From assembly GCA_977017575.1 (NCBI GenBank), contig CDRNVI010000066.1, positions 1-64,000 on the forward strand: DNA of 64,000 nucleotides. Reading direction: 5' to 3'. The notes beneath the pieces were generated by a model that was not told where the DNA came from, searched no databases, and saw only the letters and a program-made list of their open reading frames with translations. Source of the stretch: Paramoeba atlantica. Taxonomy: Eukaryota > Protista > Discosea. Positions 31,790 through 43,026 of this stretch are shown here, in pieces. Each line of letters begins with the position of its first letter. The stretch's first letter is position 1. The position numbers and the translations under genes are program-made.

Positions 31790-32218
31790 CTATTTCTTAC
31801 TCAAAGTTGAGTTTTGAGGGAAATGTTCTCGTACCAATTTTGCGAATTCTTCGTAGGATTTTTGAAAGTGAACTTCTTTATCTTTTATAGTTTCATTCAC
31901 TTTGGCTTTACGGTGGTCACAATTGTCGAGATCTTGTCCAAGTTGGTTTTGGTGATGCTCTACGGAATTAAGGAGATCGGTCACGGGAGCTAGAACGAAT
32001 GCTCGCCCAAGTGCTTCGTAGCATCTATGTGTTTTAGATAATTTTTGCAGCTCTCTAAGTGTAATGGAAGCCTTCTTTTTGTCTCTTTCCAGAATCAGCT
32101 GCTGCGTTTGTAGCTGATTTTGCTGCATACTCAATTTTGATAAATCATCCCTCATTTCGTTGATTCTTTGTTCATATTCGACCACTTCTTGTTGACCAGA
32201 TGTTAACTGCGGAGCCAT
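31790..32218 (-). CDS. PFDN1: Prefoldin subunit 1 (beta type)
   Basis: Coiled coil - ELQKLSKTHRCYEALGRAFVL hairpin - coiled coil. Confidence 0.8.
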   Translation of the reverse strand: MAPQLTSGQQEVVEYEQRINEMRDDLSKLSMQQNQLQTQQLILERDKKKASITLRELQKLSKTHRCYEALGRAFVLAPVTDLLNSVEHHQNQLGQDLDNCDHRKAKVNETIKDKEVHFQKSYEEFAKLVREHFPQNSTLSKK

Positions 32219-32479
32219 TGTTAACCGAAAGATAAAATTCCCAAGAATTTAAATATTCAAAAACATGCCGAAAAAAGGTGTAAAGTATCAATACTATGAA
32301 TACTCATGTAAAAAAAACTATGTTTGCTCTATCAGAGAAACTTGGCGCTGCTTTCAGTACCTTTGCATACGGGAATCCGTTTCTCTATGCATCTACATGC
32401 ATAAAATCTACGTGCATAGAAAATCTACATGCATATGTATATCCTGAAATATAATGTCTATCTGACACCGTCGTACCGC

Positions 32480-33802
32480 TTACCTCGTGGTGAGCATAAT
32501 ACATTTTCCTGACGACGTCGGTTGCTCCCCTTTCTCTGCCACCCATGTATTGTACTTCATCCTAAATGACTGCATCGCTTGGGAAGAGAGCATGGCAACC
32601 ACCAAGGTGTGAGGAGGTATGGTCCGTACCGCGTGTTCCAGTGTATGCGCAGTACCCGAGGTAACATAGTGCAAGTGGGCGTCGCTCCCTAACGCCTCCT
32701 TACGGTATGAACCCAATGACCTCTCTAGCCGACGATCCAGCGGGGTGTCCATTGACCACCCCGGAGGTTTCAGATACATCACATGGAGATTAGGCACCGC
32801 GGGGAGAGGGTGAGTTCCTTTTGCTACGGCCCCCCCTCCCGTAGGTTCCCCCCTCCGACATGCCCGGATTTCCTCAATAAACTGCAACCCGGGTGCCACC
32901 CCGGTGGGGTCAAGCAACAGAAGTACGTGGCGGAAATCGCTCCTATTCCCCCGGGGGTAGCGCAGCACACATTCCCCCTCCCGTACCACCACGGTGTCTC
33001 CTACCTCGTGGGAGTGATACAGTGCGGAATGAGATGGGGCGTTCCACACTAACAAGTCAAAGTACCCCTTGTGGTGGTCCGAGGGGATGGCAAAGTAGGG
33101 TACCCCGAGAGAAGGGCCACCCTGAGCTCCGAAATCCCCCGAAATACGCTCTTTTTGCGTATCTACGTTTTCCTTGTTTTTCGAACCCTCACTCGTGGGG
33201 GTTGCGGGCTGTATGTAGACGGTAGAGACCCCCCGGGGGTGGATCGGGTCGCTTGCGCGGGGAAGCGCAAACCGGATTAGCCGAGAGTGTCCCTTGTGCT
33301 CCTCGTAGGAGCCAAGAGAGGTGTAGGGGGTGGGCGTGGGTGGGGGAAAAGGGTGGGGTGTGGAAATCCGAGGATTTCGAGTTGCTGAGAGAAAGTACGG
33401 AGAAGGGGATGTTGAATCCGTAGGAGAGTGTTGAGGGTTGTAGTGAAGGGGTGATTTTGCAGTGATGGGCGCGGTACCGGATTGGGAACTCTGACCTCGT
33501 GGTTGTAAAATCCACTGCGTTCCGTTAGGAGTTGTGCAACATTGCAGCGTTACACCAGCGTGACAAATTTCCTCATACGGATTATAGTCATGTGAATCGT
33601 TCCGTATCCATGGATCTGGTGTGGTGTGCTCTCCAAGAAAACCGGCTTGTGCATTATGCCAGAGAGGACTATTTTCTCCATGTGTATCATGGAGAGATGT
33701 GATGGCTAACATATCGGCTCGGACTACGGGGTTTTGAAAAACATTGTATACCACAAACACACCGCTAGATACTGCCGTAAAGGTGAGCAACCCCTTAATC
33801 AT
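32480..33802 (-). CDS. Divergent NADH-cytochrome b5 reductase-like (FNR-fold) protein
   Basis: N-terminal anchor; HSRLIRFALP, PYFAIPSDHHKGYFDLLV, VGDTVVVR, PTGVAPGLQ follow CYB5R motif order but are degenerate. Confidence 0.7.
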   Translation of the reverse strand: MIKGLLTFTAVSSGVFVVYNVFQNPVVRADMLAITSLHDTHGENSPLWHNAQAGFLGEHTTPDPWIRNDSHDYNPYEEICHAGVTLQCCTTPNGTQWILQPRGQSSQSGTAPITAKSPLHYNPQHSPTDSTSPSPYFLSATRNPRISTPHPFPPPTPTPYTSLGSYEEHKGHSRLIRFALPRASDPIHPRGVSTVYIQPATPTSEGSKNKENVDTQKERISGDFGAQGGPSLGVPYFAIPSDHHKGYFDLLVWNAPSHSALYHSHEVGDTVVVREGECVLRYPRGNRSDFRHVLLLLDPTGVAPGLQFIEEIRACRRGEPTGGGAVAKGTHPLPAVPNLHVMYLKPPGWSMDTPLDRRLERSLGSYRKEALGSDAHLHYVTSGTAHTLEHAVRTIPPHTLVVAMLSSQAMQSFRMKYNTWVAEKGEQPTSSGKCIMLTTR

Positions 33803-34133
33803 GGGCCACGTGAACGCAACGATACGTCTTCAAGGCTGAAATGCGTCTCGTGAACACCGCTTTGGTCTACCTGCTCATGCAACATACTCAAAACCAGATG
33901 GGTCAACATTGCAGAGAGGTGATTTTGGAATGTAAAGAACATAACGAACTATACTTCCATAACATTAGATTTTTTGAGGCACGTAGAACATAACTTAAGT
34001 TGTCAATCTTTTAGTAGGAGTAGGATTTTTTAAGGGAGAATACATGTATATTTAAAAGATGGATGCAGATTATTAAAGGAAACCAGTTGGCAATTCGTGA
34101 ACCTGTCAAAGATATTGTAAGAACCACAACTTT

Positions 34134-35654
34134 CTAGCTATGAACCCAATTGGTCGCTCCTGTTCTTTGTCGCTTAAGTTCTAGATACTGGCCCCGACGA
34201 AGCGTTTGCCCTTCGCGATCCTCCAATTCCTCGTCATCGGGTTTCCACTGCTCCTGCTTCTGGTTTTCCAATTGGGAACACAGTTTCTGCCAAAGAATGG
34301 TGGCCTCATTTACAGAAGTAATGCCGTGCAAATGAGGCGTATTCGGTATACCCAATCGGGCTAACGCACTGATATGAAAAGATTCCTTAAAGTGCTGCTC
34401 AAAGATTTGTGGTCCTGCGTATATCTTTCCGCATATTTCACATTTTTGCTTTACTTTCAAGCCGTGCGCTTTTCGGAGCCATACAGGAATTTTGTTTCCA
34501 TCCCACCCCAATTCTTCTTTTTCCACTGCCCTTTTCTCCTTGTCTAATGTAGAACAGTCAGGTGAGAGCAGTACACCTTGCGTATAATCAATGAGCTCAT
34601 TCGTCTTGAGAACAGATTCCCGCATGGCATCCTCTTCCCGGAGCTCGGCGTCCATAAGTTCTTCGGGAGTAATGGTAATCTTGTTCTCCTGCCGGCGTAT
34701 CGTATGGATCAGACGATGACCTACTTGAGAAATCCAAAAGCGTACTCGATCTTCCAGTTGATTAATCATTACGGCCCTGCATGTCGCCGACTTTTCTTTC
34801 AATATATTCCAGGTGCTTTCAATTGTGCTCTTGTCTGTAATAGCGCATTCGCCAGATTTTTTTGTCGCAGATGATAACGAGAAACGTGCTTCCTTTTCTA
34901 AAAGACATGTACCCTCTAGTGGAAAAAGGCGCAAGTGCGCATCTCGAAGTGTATTTCCCAAATAGGAAAGATAATCGCAGTATGCCTGACTTCCACTGAC
35001 ATGTTTCTCGTCTTCTTCCACTACAAATTCATCTGGAATCAAGCGTATATACTTAGGCAAAACCTCGAAATCGCTCAAATAGCGTTCAAGATAGACCTTG
35101 TAGGCTATGGGCCAAACTGGTGCTGACTCTTTCACCTCCTGACTAAAATCATTCCAAAGTTGGACGTACGCCTGATGTGCTTCTATCAAATCAAGATACT
35201 GGCCAAATCCCTCCTCTCCACTGAACTTCCCTTTGGTTGTATAGCGAGAGAATGAGTTCACGGTGGATTCGATATAAGGCGTTATCGGGCACATTGGAAT
35301 GTTTTGCTCTGACCTTTCTCCAAGTCTTCCCCGGGATGCAGTGTGCTTTATTATCTTTTGCATCTCGCCTTGGAATTGTTGTAGAGCAACGGGCAAAGTA
35401 TTGCTGTCTGGTGATCGAAGTGTGGTAATGTCAGATCCCCGGTAGATCTCCACCAGAGTACGGGATGTTTTTTGAGCCTCTAGCAACTTTTCGCAAATGT
35501 AATGACGCATTAGGACGATATGTCTTGGGTGCAGAGTTCGACGATTGATTAATAGCTGCGGAGTAATGGAACGATAACACTGCTCAAGGTCACTATGCAA
35601 AGTGCGAATTTCTTCTAGTATGGACGGATTAGCGACTTCTGCAGCTTCTGGCAT
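34134..35654 (-). CDS. SF3A3: Splicing factor 3A subunit 3 (SF3a60/Prp9)
   Basis: FSGEEGFGQYLDL, LGWDGNKIPVWLRKAHGL, CEICG zinc finger, EELEDREG. Confidence 0.95.
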   Translation of the reverse strand: MPEAAEVANPSILEEIRTLHSDLEQCYRSITPQLLINRRTLHPRHIVLMRHYICEKLLEAQKTSRTLVEIYRGSDITTLRSPDSNTLPVALQQFQGEMQKIIKHTASRGRLGERSEQNIPMCPITPYIESTVNSFSRYTTKGKFSGEEGFGQYLDLIEAHQAYVQLWNDFSQEVKESAPVWPIAYKVYLERYLSDFEVLPKYIRLIPDEFVVEEDEKHVSGSQAYCDYLSYLGNTLRDAHLRLFPLEGTCLLEKEARFSLSSATKKSGECAITDKSTIESTWNILKEKSATCRAVMINQLEDRVRFWISQVGHRLIHTIRRQENKITITPEELMDAELREEDAMRESVLKTNELIDYTQGVLLSPDCSTLDKEKRAVEKEELGWDGNKIPVWLRKAHGLKVKQKCEICGKIYAGPQIFEQHFKESFHISALARLGIPNTPHLHGITSVNEATILWQKLCSQLENQKQEQWKPDDEELEDREGQTLRRGQYLELKRQRTGATNWVHS

Positions 35655-35969
35655 TGAAGAGATCAAAAGAGTGGAAATGAAATGAGTTTAATTGCAGGTC
35701 ACAACAGTCTCAAAATAAATGGGAACGAACAAGAAAGCTATAAAAATGCTTTACAAATGCATTGAGACTAAGAGAATGAAGAGGAATTCCACTCATGAAA
35801 CGGTTTAAAAAACAACCTTTCGTAAATTTGTAAATTACTTCAAAAGATCACTCTTTTTTAACAAGAATACCCATCCCATCTTTTACTAACCAGCATGTAT
35901 ACTTTCGTTCCTCAATGATATAACAAATTCTTACTGAAAACCCCCACACTTATTCAATCTCCCACCTCT

Positions 35970-38039
35970 TCACGTACCATACTCCTCACTCCGCTTCCGG
36001 TAGGCCTGCAACACACCATACGCCTCCCGCACCCTCTCCTGCAAGTCCGCCGGGTGGCTTAACAACCGCACCAACTCCTCCGGCTCCGTCTCCAGCAGCA
36101 TTCCCGTAATCTTCGGCGCCTCCTCAGGGTAGATCCCATGGATCGCCACATACAGCCGCTCCCCCAGCACCCCATGACGCTCCTCCACGGACAACCCCGC
36201 GAGGTCCTCCACCTTCAGTGTCGCGGACAGCATCGGGGAGGGCAGCGGCACAGGTCGCGTCCCCACAGGGGTCCCATGCATCCGGGAGGGGGTCTTGCCC
36301 ACCCCACCCGCGGTACTACCCCCCGTCTCACTACGTAACGCGGGAGTGGAGGGCACCGAGGGGAGGGCCCCCCCCACCCCAGGTCCTTCCACCAACCCCC
36401 CGGTTGGAGGCACTAACCCCCCGGTTGGAGGCACCAGCCCTGCTCCTGCTGCTTCTGTTGGATTTTCCACAAGATGCTGTTGCTGCTGCTGCTGCTGCTG
36501 TCTGTCATGATATACACTTTGGGGCTGCGGTCGACGAGAGAGGCGTCGGTCATGGTAGGCTGCTGCTGCTGCTGCTGCTCGGTAGGGGACGCGACCACGT
36601 GCCGGGGGGAGCTGTCGTCGGGACAGGGGACGGGGGATAGCGTACGGGGGGAGCCCGCCTCCTGCTCCGTGAGAGGAGGTCGCGGGGTCGTACATAAACA
36701 ACGCCGCGGCCTGGGGGGAGGAGTACCACCGAAAAGGCATCAGGGCGGTGTTGACGCCGTAGCTGGAGGTGAGTCCAACGGTGCCGTACCCGGTGTAGGC
36801 CCCCGGGAGGTTGCCGATGCCTTGAGGACGACTGAACTGGATTTGGAGCATGGTGCGGCGGGTTTCTTTCTTTTGTGCCACGTTGACATAGAGGGGTTTG
36901 TTGTTTAACAGGCGGCCATTCATCTCGCGGAGAGCTTGGCTTGCGGCGTCGGCTTTGGAAAAGCACACAAAGGCGTACCCACGGGGGGCTCCGGTATCAT
37001 CCTTGGCGACAAACACACTGTTAATCTCACCGTACTCGCGAAACAAATCTCGCAGTTCTGTGCTGTCATGGTCTCCGAAGTTCTTCACATACAAGTTGTT
37101 GCCTTTGGATCCCAAGCCGGCAAAACGGTTTTGCTCGTAACGGGCTCGTAGCTCTGCTAGACGTTCCCATCTTTTCTGGGCTCGTTGGACATAAAGCTTA
37201 AGATCTGCATCAGTGATGCCTTCCACGTTCTTGTCATGTGATTCCTCAATCGCTTTTACAGCTTCGTCGTGCTTCGAGAAGCTGCAAAATGCGAATAGAC
37301 GACCCGTGGGGTCCTTTTTTGTGCATGTACTGGTGATACTCCCAAATTGCTTAAAGTGCTCACGGATATCCTCTTCCGTAGTCGCTGATTGAAGATGTTT
37401 GATGTACACATTGGTGTAATTGTTTTGCATTTGCTGTTGGCGTATGGCACGTCGCACGAAAGGGGCCACATAAAGCTCCAGACTGTTGACAAATTTCCCA
37501 TTGAAATCCTTAATTGCCACTTCGGCATCTCCTTCGTTTGCGAAATGAACAAATCCATAACCCCGGCTTTTTCCTTTTTCATCGACGACTACCTTGCAAC
37601 TCAGAATATTGCCTATGGACCGAAACATATCGAGCAGTAAGTTTGTGTTCAAGTCAGGTGGCAAATTCTTAATAAAAATATTTCCCGCTGCGTTTCGCCG
37701 TGTGGTAGGATCCCTTTGCACGGGCATTACACGAATACAAGATCCAGTAAGATACGAACTATTTTTGGTCTCAATGGCGGTTTGTGCATGGGCAGCATCC
37801 GCAAAATTGACGTATCCATACCCCAAGGATTGGCGAGTAATGGCGTCACGACAAATACGCACTGACGTCATGGGACCCACGGATTGAAAATGCTCAAAAA
37901 GCGCTGTCTCGGACACATTGGGACCCAAATCTCCGACATAAAGAGATCCCCCTACTTCATGAGAGACTACGGAGCTGACACTGTCTGTTTCAACATCTCG
38001 AGCGGCAAGAGGAGCTTCATGAACTGCAACAACACTCAT
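35970..38039 (-). CDS. PABP: Poly(A)-binding protein
   Basis: Four RRMs (SLYVGDL, SLGYGYVNF, NIFIKNL, GYGFVHF, NLYVKN) and MLLE domain (LGERLY...KITGMLLE). Confidence 0.98.
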   Translation of the reverse strand: MSVVAVHEAPLAARDVETDSVSSVVSHEVGGSLYVGDLGPNVSETALFEHFQSVGPMTSVRICRDAITRQSLGYGYVNFADAAHAQTAIETKNSSYLTGSCIRVMPVQRDPTTRRNAAGNIFIKNLPPDLNTNLLLDMFRSIGNILSCKVVVDEKGKSRGYGFVHFANEGDAEVAIKDFNGKFVNSLELYVAPFVRRAIRQQQMQNNYTNVYIKHLQSATTEEDIREHFKQFGSITSTCTKKDPTGRLFAFCSFSKHDEAVKAIEESHDKNVEGITDADLKLYVQRAQKRWERLAELRARYEQNRFAGLGSKGNNLYVKNFGDHDSTELRDLFREYGEINSVFVAKDDTGAPRGYAFVCFSKADAASQALREMNGRLLNNKPLYVNVAQKKETRRTMLQIQFSRPQGIGNLPGAYTGYGTVGLTSSYGVNTALMPFRWYSSPQAAALFMYDPATSSHGAGGGLPPYAIPRPLSRRQLPPARGRVPYRAAAAAAAYHDRRLSRRPQPQSVYHDRQQQQQQQQHLVENPTEAAGAGLVPPTGGLVPPTGGLVEGPGVGGALPSVPSTPALRSETGGSTAGGVGKTPSRMHGTPVGTRPVPLPSPMLSATLKVEDLAGLSVEERHGVLGERLYVAIHGIYPEEAPKITGMLLETEPEELVRLLSHPADLQERVREAYGVLQAYRKRSEEYGT

Positions 38040-38444
38040 TGTACTAATTCCACTAATCTATAACAATAAAATAGTATGACGTGTTGAAGTTTAGTAACGT
38101 CAGATACTTCAGTGTTTTTTTGATGTTGAAGTACGAAGGATAGGGTTTGATTTTATTTCTTCTGATGGAGGAAGCATATAATGAGGCTTAGTCCATGGAA
38201 TATGAAGGTGATAGATCTAAGATAGCGCGTAAATAGTCAGCACGTGTGAATTCAGGTAGAAAATAGATGCAATGGTGATGATGTAAAACAATGCTTCAAA
38301 AACTAGTATCCCCCCTTTAAAGTATTTCCCCATTGAACCCTTTTAAAGCAATGCATAATATATGCAACGTACTGACGATATGTAAGTCATTGGTGGGATG
38401 AGCCAAAAACGAGTCAAAGTGCAAAACAACTGACTTTACAGGTT

Positions 38445-40631
38445 TTACTTTCTATCAACGGAATGATAGTTCAACATAGCTCTGGCTTTTACTGGAAGGG
38501 ACTTCATATCTACGTTGTCTGCACCCGGAATGTCTTGATCGAAGGCTAATGCCATGGGATCTGTCTCGGACCACTTTGCATCCAATGCTTTTACGATCAA
38601 CTGTTTTGGATTGCGCACTCGACTCAACGCCACATACAGCAAATGAGGGCAAGAAAACATTTTTGTCAAGTCCAATATAACATTACCTGTCAACGTTAAG
38701 CCCTGTACTTTATGAACTGTAAACGCGTAGGCTAACTGCAGCGGTATTCCTAACAAATAGGTGGAATAGTACTCCGTGCCAACATCGCCTCCGACGGGAA
38801 TGGCCAAAGGGGGGACTAGAACGAGCTCGTTATTATTGAACCGCACAAGAGGGAGTAGCGGTAGTTCCTGCTCTTGGGTTCTCAAAAAATCCATGTACTT
38901 CGGTACCTCTTCGTACATCCGAGGAGGAATGCTTCCCTGGTACTGTGCCTGAGTACTTGGGTCCGCATATCCCTCCACTATTCCCACTGATCCATTAACC
39001 AGAGTTCTACTCAAGTTCCAACGAAGCATCACACGCGCGCCGACACGCAATCCCAAGGGCTCGTAGAATAACTCCTTTCGCGCCCTCTCCTGAAGCCTTG
39101 TTTGAATGTGGATAGGGATGTCGTCCGGCGTTGCTACCTCGGAGAGTGTTTCATAACCCATGTTGCTCAATGATACGCGGAGCCCCTGCAGGACGCTTAG
39201 GGTGGCAGTTTCCACCACCTCAGCACGCCGTGCCTCATCTTCAATGTACACCGATAAGACCTTAGCCCGAATGGCGCACCTCAAATCCTGTGCGTTGTCC
39301 AAATCCAAAGGATATACCGAAAGCACAATGTCCCGAAACTCATTTTCACTTGCCCTGTTTTTCTCCATCTCATGGGCAACGCGACGTTTAAGATCAGCAA
39401 GTGAGCTGCCCATTTTTTCCTCAACCTCGCTGAGTTGTATCACACACTTTGGTGTCCAATCCTCGATCAATTCCGTTTTTCCTAGTTGACTTGGAAAAGA
39501 CTGGGTCGAACCGGGCAATAATGCAAGACGGCGAGAGTTACGACGCAGTACGTCTTCGTTTCGTGGAAAAATATAGATAGCGCCCGGCTCTTCCGGCAAT
39601 TCTTCGTTGCTTGAAATTGTTTTTACACAATTAAAAATGCTGGAAGGTAGCTGCCCATACCGTACTTCTTTCAGAATGTGGGAAAACTCATTTTGTTGCT
39701 CTACAAGGCGATGAATTGTTGTTAGTTTCACATGAACGAAATGTTGCATAAAAAGGTCATTGTAAAAAAGTGGGTGATTAGGAATGCCTCCAAGTTGCAA
39801 AAAATCTCCACAGAGTATCAGTTGAATGCCTCCAAAGGGCATAGAATTTTTTCTTGTCGCTCGAGCAGCAATATCCAGATGAGCGAGCAGTTCCGATTGA
39901 ATCATTGAAACTTCGTCAATCAGGATTGCGTCCAAATTTTTCAAATGTGTGGTCAATAATCCATCTAATCCAAACAAGTGATGAAAGGTATATCCATTGA
40001 TATTTGCAGCCGCAACGCCCGTGGAGGCTGTCACAGCAATGCGGAACTTTCTTTCATGTCGAAGAGTATTTACAATTTCGCGGAGCACTACTGTCTTACC
40101 CGTCCCAGCGGATCCCCCAAGATATAAGTTATAACCCAATTTTGCAATTTCTAACGCATTTCGTTGATCTGTTGTAAGTTGTGTAAGATCAACCCGTTCT
40201 CCAATTGAATCCCCGCCGATGCCAAAGTCAATGGTCTCAGGGCTCTGTGACTGACGACGGCAATACTCCTGTGCTTCACGATCCAGATACTTATGTAATT
40301 GATCGATGAGTTCAGTTGCTGAATTGCTGTCGTGCACCATGTGAGAAAGCGTTTGCGAGGCGTACTTTCCCAAAGGTTTGAGTAGAGACTTCAACCCTTC
40401 ACCCGAAAATTTAATCGCGAGGAGTTCGTTAGCGAGCTGCCAAAAAAGGTACTCATTTTCAAGATAGAGAGAGGAGTTTTTGGATGGTTGAAAGCCAAGG
40501 TTAACCCAGCGTTCCATTTGTTTGCTTTTCATAGGAAGTGCACGTCTGGTAAGTGGATTATAAACAAGTGATGCACGAACATCCTTCGTGTCGAAGTGAG
40601 ACAGCTTGAATAGGCGAACAGATCGATACAT
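38445..40631 (-). CDS. PIF1: PIF1-family DNA helicase, probably mitochondrial
   Basis: GSAGTGKT, TASTGVAA, DEVSM, GDFLQL, AFTVHKVQGLTL, YVALSR; presequence-like N-terminus. Confidence 0.95.
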   Translation of the reverse strand: MYRSVRLFKLSHFDTKDVRASLVYNPLTRRALPMKSKQMERWVNLGFQPSKNSSLYLENEYLFWQLANELLAIKFSGEGLKSLLKPLGKYASQTLSHMVHDSNSATELIDQLHKYLDREAQEYCRRQSQSPETIDFGIGGDSIGERVDLTQLTTDQRNALEIAKLGYNLYLGGSAGTGKTVVLREIVNTLRHERKFRIAVTASTGVAAANINGYTFHHLFGLDGLLTTHLKNLDAILIDEVSMIQSELLAHLDIAARATRKNSMPFGGIQLILCGDFLQLGGIPNHPLFYNDLFMQHFVHVKLTTIHRLVEQQNEFSHILKEVRYGQLPSSIFNCVKTISSNEELPEEPGAIYIFPRNEDVLRRNSRRLALLPGSTQSFPSQLGKTELIEDWTPKCVIQLSEVEEKMGSSLADLKRRVAHEMEKNRASENEFRDIVLSVYPLDLDNAQDLRCAIRAKVLSVYIEDEARRAEVVETATLSVLQGLRVSLSNMGYETLSEVATPDDIPIHIQTRLQERARKELFYEPLGLRVGARVMLRWNLSRTLVNGSVGIVEGYADPSTQAQYQGSIPPRMYEEVPKYMDFLRTQEQELPLLPLVRFNNNELVLVPPLAIPVGGDVGTEYYSTYLLGIPLQLAYAFTVHKVQGLTLTGNVILDLTKMFSCPHLLYVALSRVRNPKQLIVKALDAKWSETDPMALAFDQDIPGADNVDMKSLPVKARAMLNYHSVDRK

Positions 40632-40933
40632 GGTATATCAGTTTGTGGCGCTAGAAGTCAAGAGTGTGGAACCATAGGCAAAGATTTTTCTGAGCTTTAG
40701 GAAGTGACACTGGTAAAACTATATCTATTAAATCAAGGAAAACGTAAATTATGTATGTGGCACTACAATAGTCAATGTACGTCAATAGTCAATGTATGTG
40801 GCACTATTCTAGTCCAGAATAGTCTATTCTGGACTAGAACGATGTGCAACCAAACATGTGTACATACGATAATTGAGGTCAAACATGCTAAATTCGCACT
40901 TGAACAAAACTTCACATGAAAGAGTAGGCAGGA

Positions 40934-42373
40934 TTAAAACCTTCGCAGAGGGAACAGAAGTTTTTTCCAAGCCCTTTTGTAACGGCCCATAAAGCGCATT
41001 TTGAAACGACTGCATACATAGCCGAATGTCGTTCGCGGTAGGAGGGCGTAGTCAAGTAAACTCTGGTGATGCGAATACATCTTTTCGACCTCGGGACGAC
41101 GCGTTTCTTGCAGCCAGCGTGGGGCGTTGACAGTATTACTGGCTAGTTGGGAGCTAAGTTCCATACAATCCTGAAAGGCGATTGCCTCTGTGACGTCAAT
41201 CGCATCAGTGTGTGAACAGTGCGCCGAGTGGCCTATGCGAAGAAACTTCCCATCCATCTCTGACCAAAAGGGGAGAACGTACTGCGGGGTACGGTAGACC
41301 AGAAAGTCTCTCGCCGTTGTGTACTTTTGCGTGTGAAGAATCAGAGGTTTAAACATTGTGTGGGAAATGTAGCCCGGGAGATTGCCAGTGAAGACGCGCA
41401 CCAGCTCTCGCCAGAAGGTAGTGGGATCGCAACTCGTACGGCGAGGATCGGAAAGTTCCTCGGAAAGGCTCAAAATGACACTGTAGTACAACCGTGAAGG
41501 GCTCATCATCGGTCTTACAATCACCTTAGACTCTGTTGGAGTAAGAATTTCAACGATTTCTTGACTCCCAGGGGTAAACCGTTTTTCCATGTCCGTGACG
41601 GGTGAAAACTCTGGTACTTTGTACTCCAACCACCGAAGAGATTTCGCGTCACTTAATGTCTCCTCGTTCTGCACATGGTACCTTGTTTGCTCATCCGTTT
41701 GAGAACAGTCGGGGAGTATCGAGTGATGACGTGATGTAGCAATCACTTTCCGGTACACCCGTGTTACGCCTGGGTTGTTCAGAAACCGAAGACTGACGCA
41801 ATCTTCTCCCGCCACGGTCATTGTCCGCGCATCCACAACTGAGCCTGGGGAAAGTACTGTACATGCGTACTGGCTGAGCCGGCAAAGTGACAGCAGAGAG
41901 TCCTCAATGCGTTGCCGATCGCAGCAGTAGAACGTCGGTGCCTCATCGCCCTTCTCACAGAGTCCCGCGAGATCGAGATCGCAGAGGTCATTCCCTACGT
42001 GGTCGAATGAGATCAGCCGACCTGCCACACTACCGTGGGGGACGGAAATCCCCATGACATCCCCGAGCACTTGTGTGGCACCCGGGGTAAGCACCACGGA
42101 CCCCCGGTCCTGGTCACTCTCCGGACTCTCGGTGATCGCGAGATCACACTCTAGCCCACGAAGGCGAAGGCAAAGCGCCATAAAGGGTGCAGTGATTCCC
42201 TCTCCCAGAACGAGGTACCGGTTTGAGGGCCCCGAGGAAGCACCGGGCTGGAAAGTAGGGGCTGGAGCAGGTGGGATGGGGTAAGAGAATACTCCTGCGG
42301 CTTTTGCGCCACGACTGCTGAGAAGGTGAGACGGAGAACGTTGAAACGAAAGACGAGGTGTAGAAGGTTGCAT
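40934..42373 (-). CDS. FAD-dependent monooxygenase-fold protein with degenerate motifs
   Basis: YLVLGEGITAPFMALCL Rossmann-like start; IGHSAH at the GD motif position. First ATG used. Confidence 0.65.
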   Translation of the reverse strand: MQPSTPRLSFQRSPSHLLSSRGAKAAGVFSYPIPPAPAPTFQPGASSGPSNRYLVLGEGITAPFMALCLRLRGLECDLAITESPESDQDRGSVVLTPGATQVLGDVMGISVPHGSVAGRLISFDHVGNDLCDLDLAGLCEKGDEAPTFYCCDRQRIEDSLLSLCRLSQYACTVLSPGSVVDARTMTVAGEDCVSLRFLNNPGVTRVYRKVIATSRHHSILPDCSQTDEQTRYHVQNEETLSDAKSLRWLEYKVPEFSPVTDMEKRFTPGSQEIVEILTPTESKVIVRPMMSPSRLYYSVILSLSEELSDPRRTSCDPTTFWRELVRVFTGNLPGYISHTMFKPLILHTQKYTTARDFLVYRTPQYVLPFWSEMDGKFLRIGHSAHCSHTDAIDVTEAIAFQDCMELSSQLASNTVNAPRWLQETRRPEVEKMYSHHQSLLDYALLPRTTFGYVCSRFKMRFMGRYKRAWKKLLFPLRRF

Positions 42374-42459
42374 GTTAAGGGGTTGTGATCTCAGTTTAGT
42401 GACAAAAACGTTATGTTGATCCAATATGATAGTAGATAAATTTTAGCACTCTTCTAGTA

Positions 42460-42640
42460 CTGTTCCCCCTCCTTTAAAGCGCACCTCAATTTTCGTCAAA
42501 AGTGCACTTAAACGGGGGAAGGGTCTGAATCACTACATAAAAGAAATTGGCGCTGTTTCGCGGCACTGCAGTTTGCACCTCAACTGTATGTGCACTTAAA
42601 CGGGGGATCGGACCGGGTACGCTTAAGGGGAGGGGGACAG
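42460..42640. mobile_element. 181-bp MITE, TA|CTGT(T)CCCCCTCC...GGAGGGGGACAG|TA
   Basis: TA at 42458-42459 and 42641-42642; ~21-bp TIRs; internal gcacttaaacggggga occurs twice. Confidence 0.85.
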
Positions 42641-43026
42641 TATTTCTTCAAAGTTTAGATGAACACATTTTTTTCGAATACAAAAGACCCAACGTTACCA
42701 CCAATGTGTGTATTATTGTAGCATATTGTAGCATATTGTTTTCGCGTTCGCTGACGGCGTTGTATTTAATTTACGTTGTCTGATAGCCACGTGAGCTATG
42801 CCCTAGCACAATCACGCACAGAGTGACCATAAAATGATGCCACACACATTGATTGATGCCACACATTGATTCTGCTGAAAGTATTTCAACCGCCGTCATC
42901 CCACCATTTAAGCGCAGACGAGCATGTTACGAGTACGTGCAGAACACGTTAAGATCTTCAACTTACCGAGATCTTAAACATCTCTCTACGAATCAAGCTG
43001 TCCAAGCGGTAAGGAAGGAATTCACT

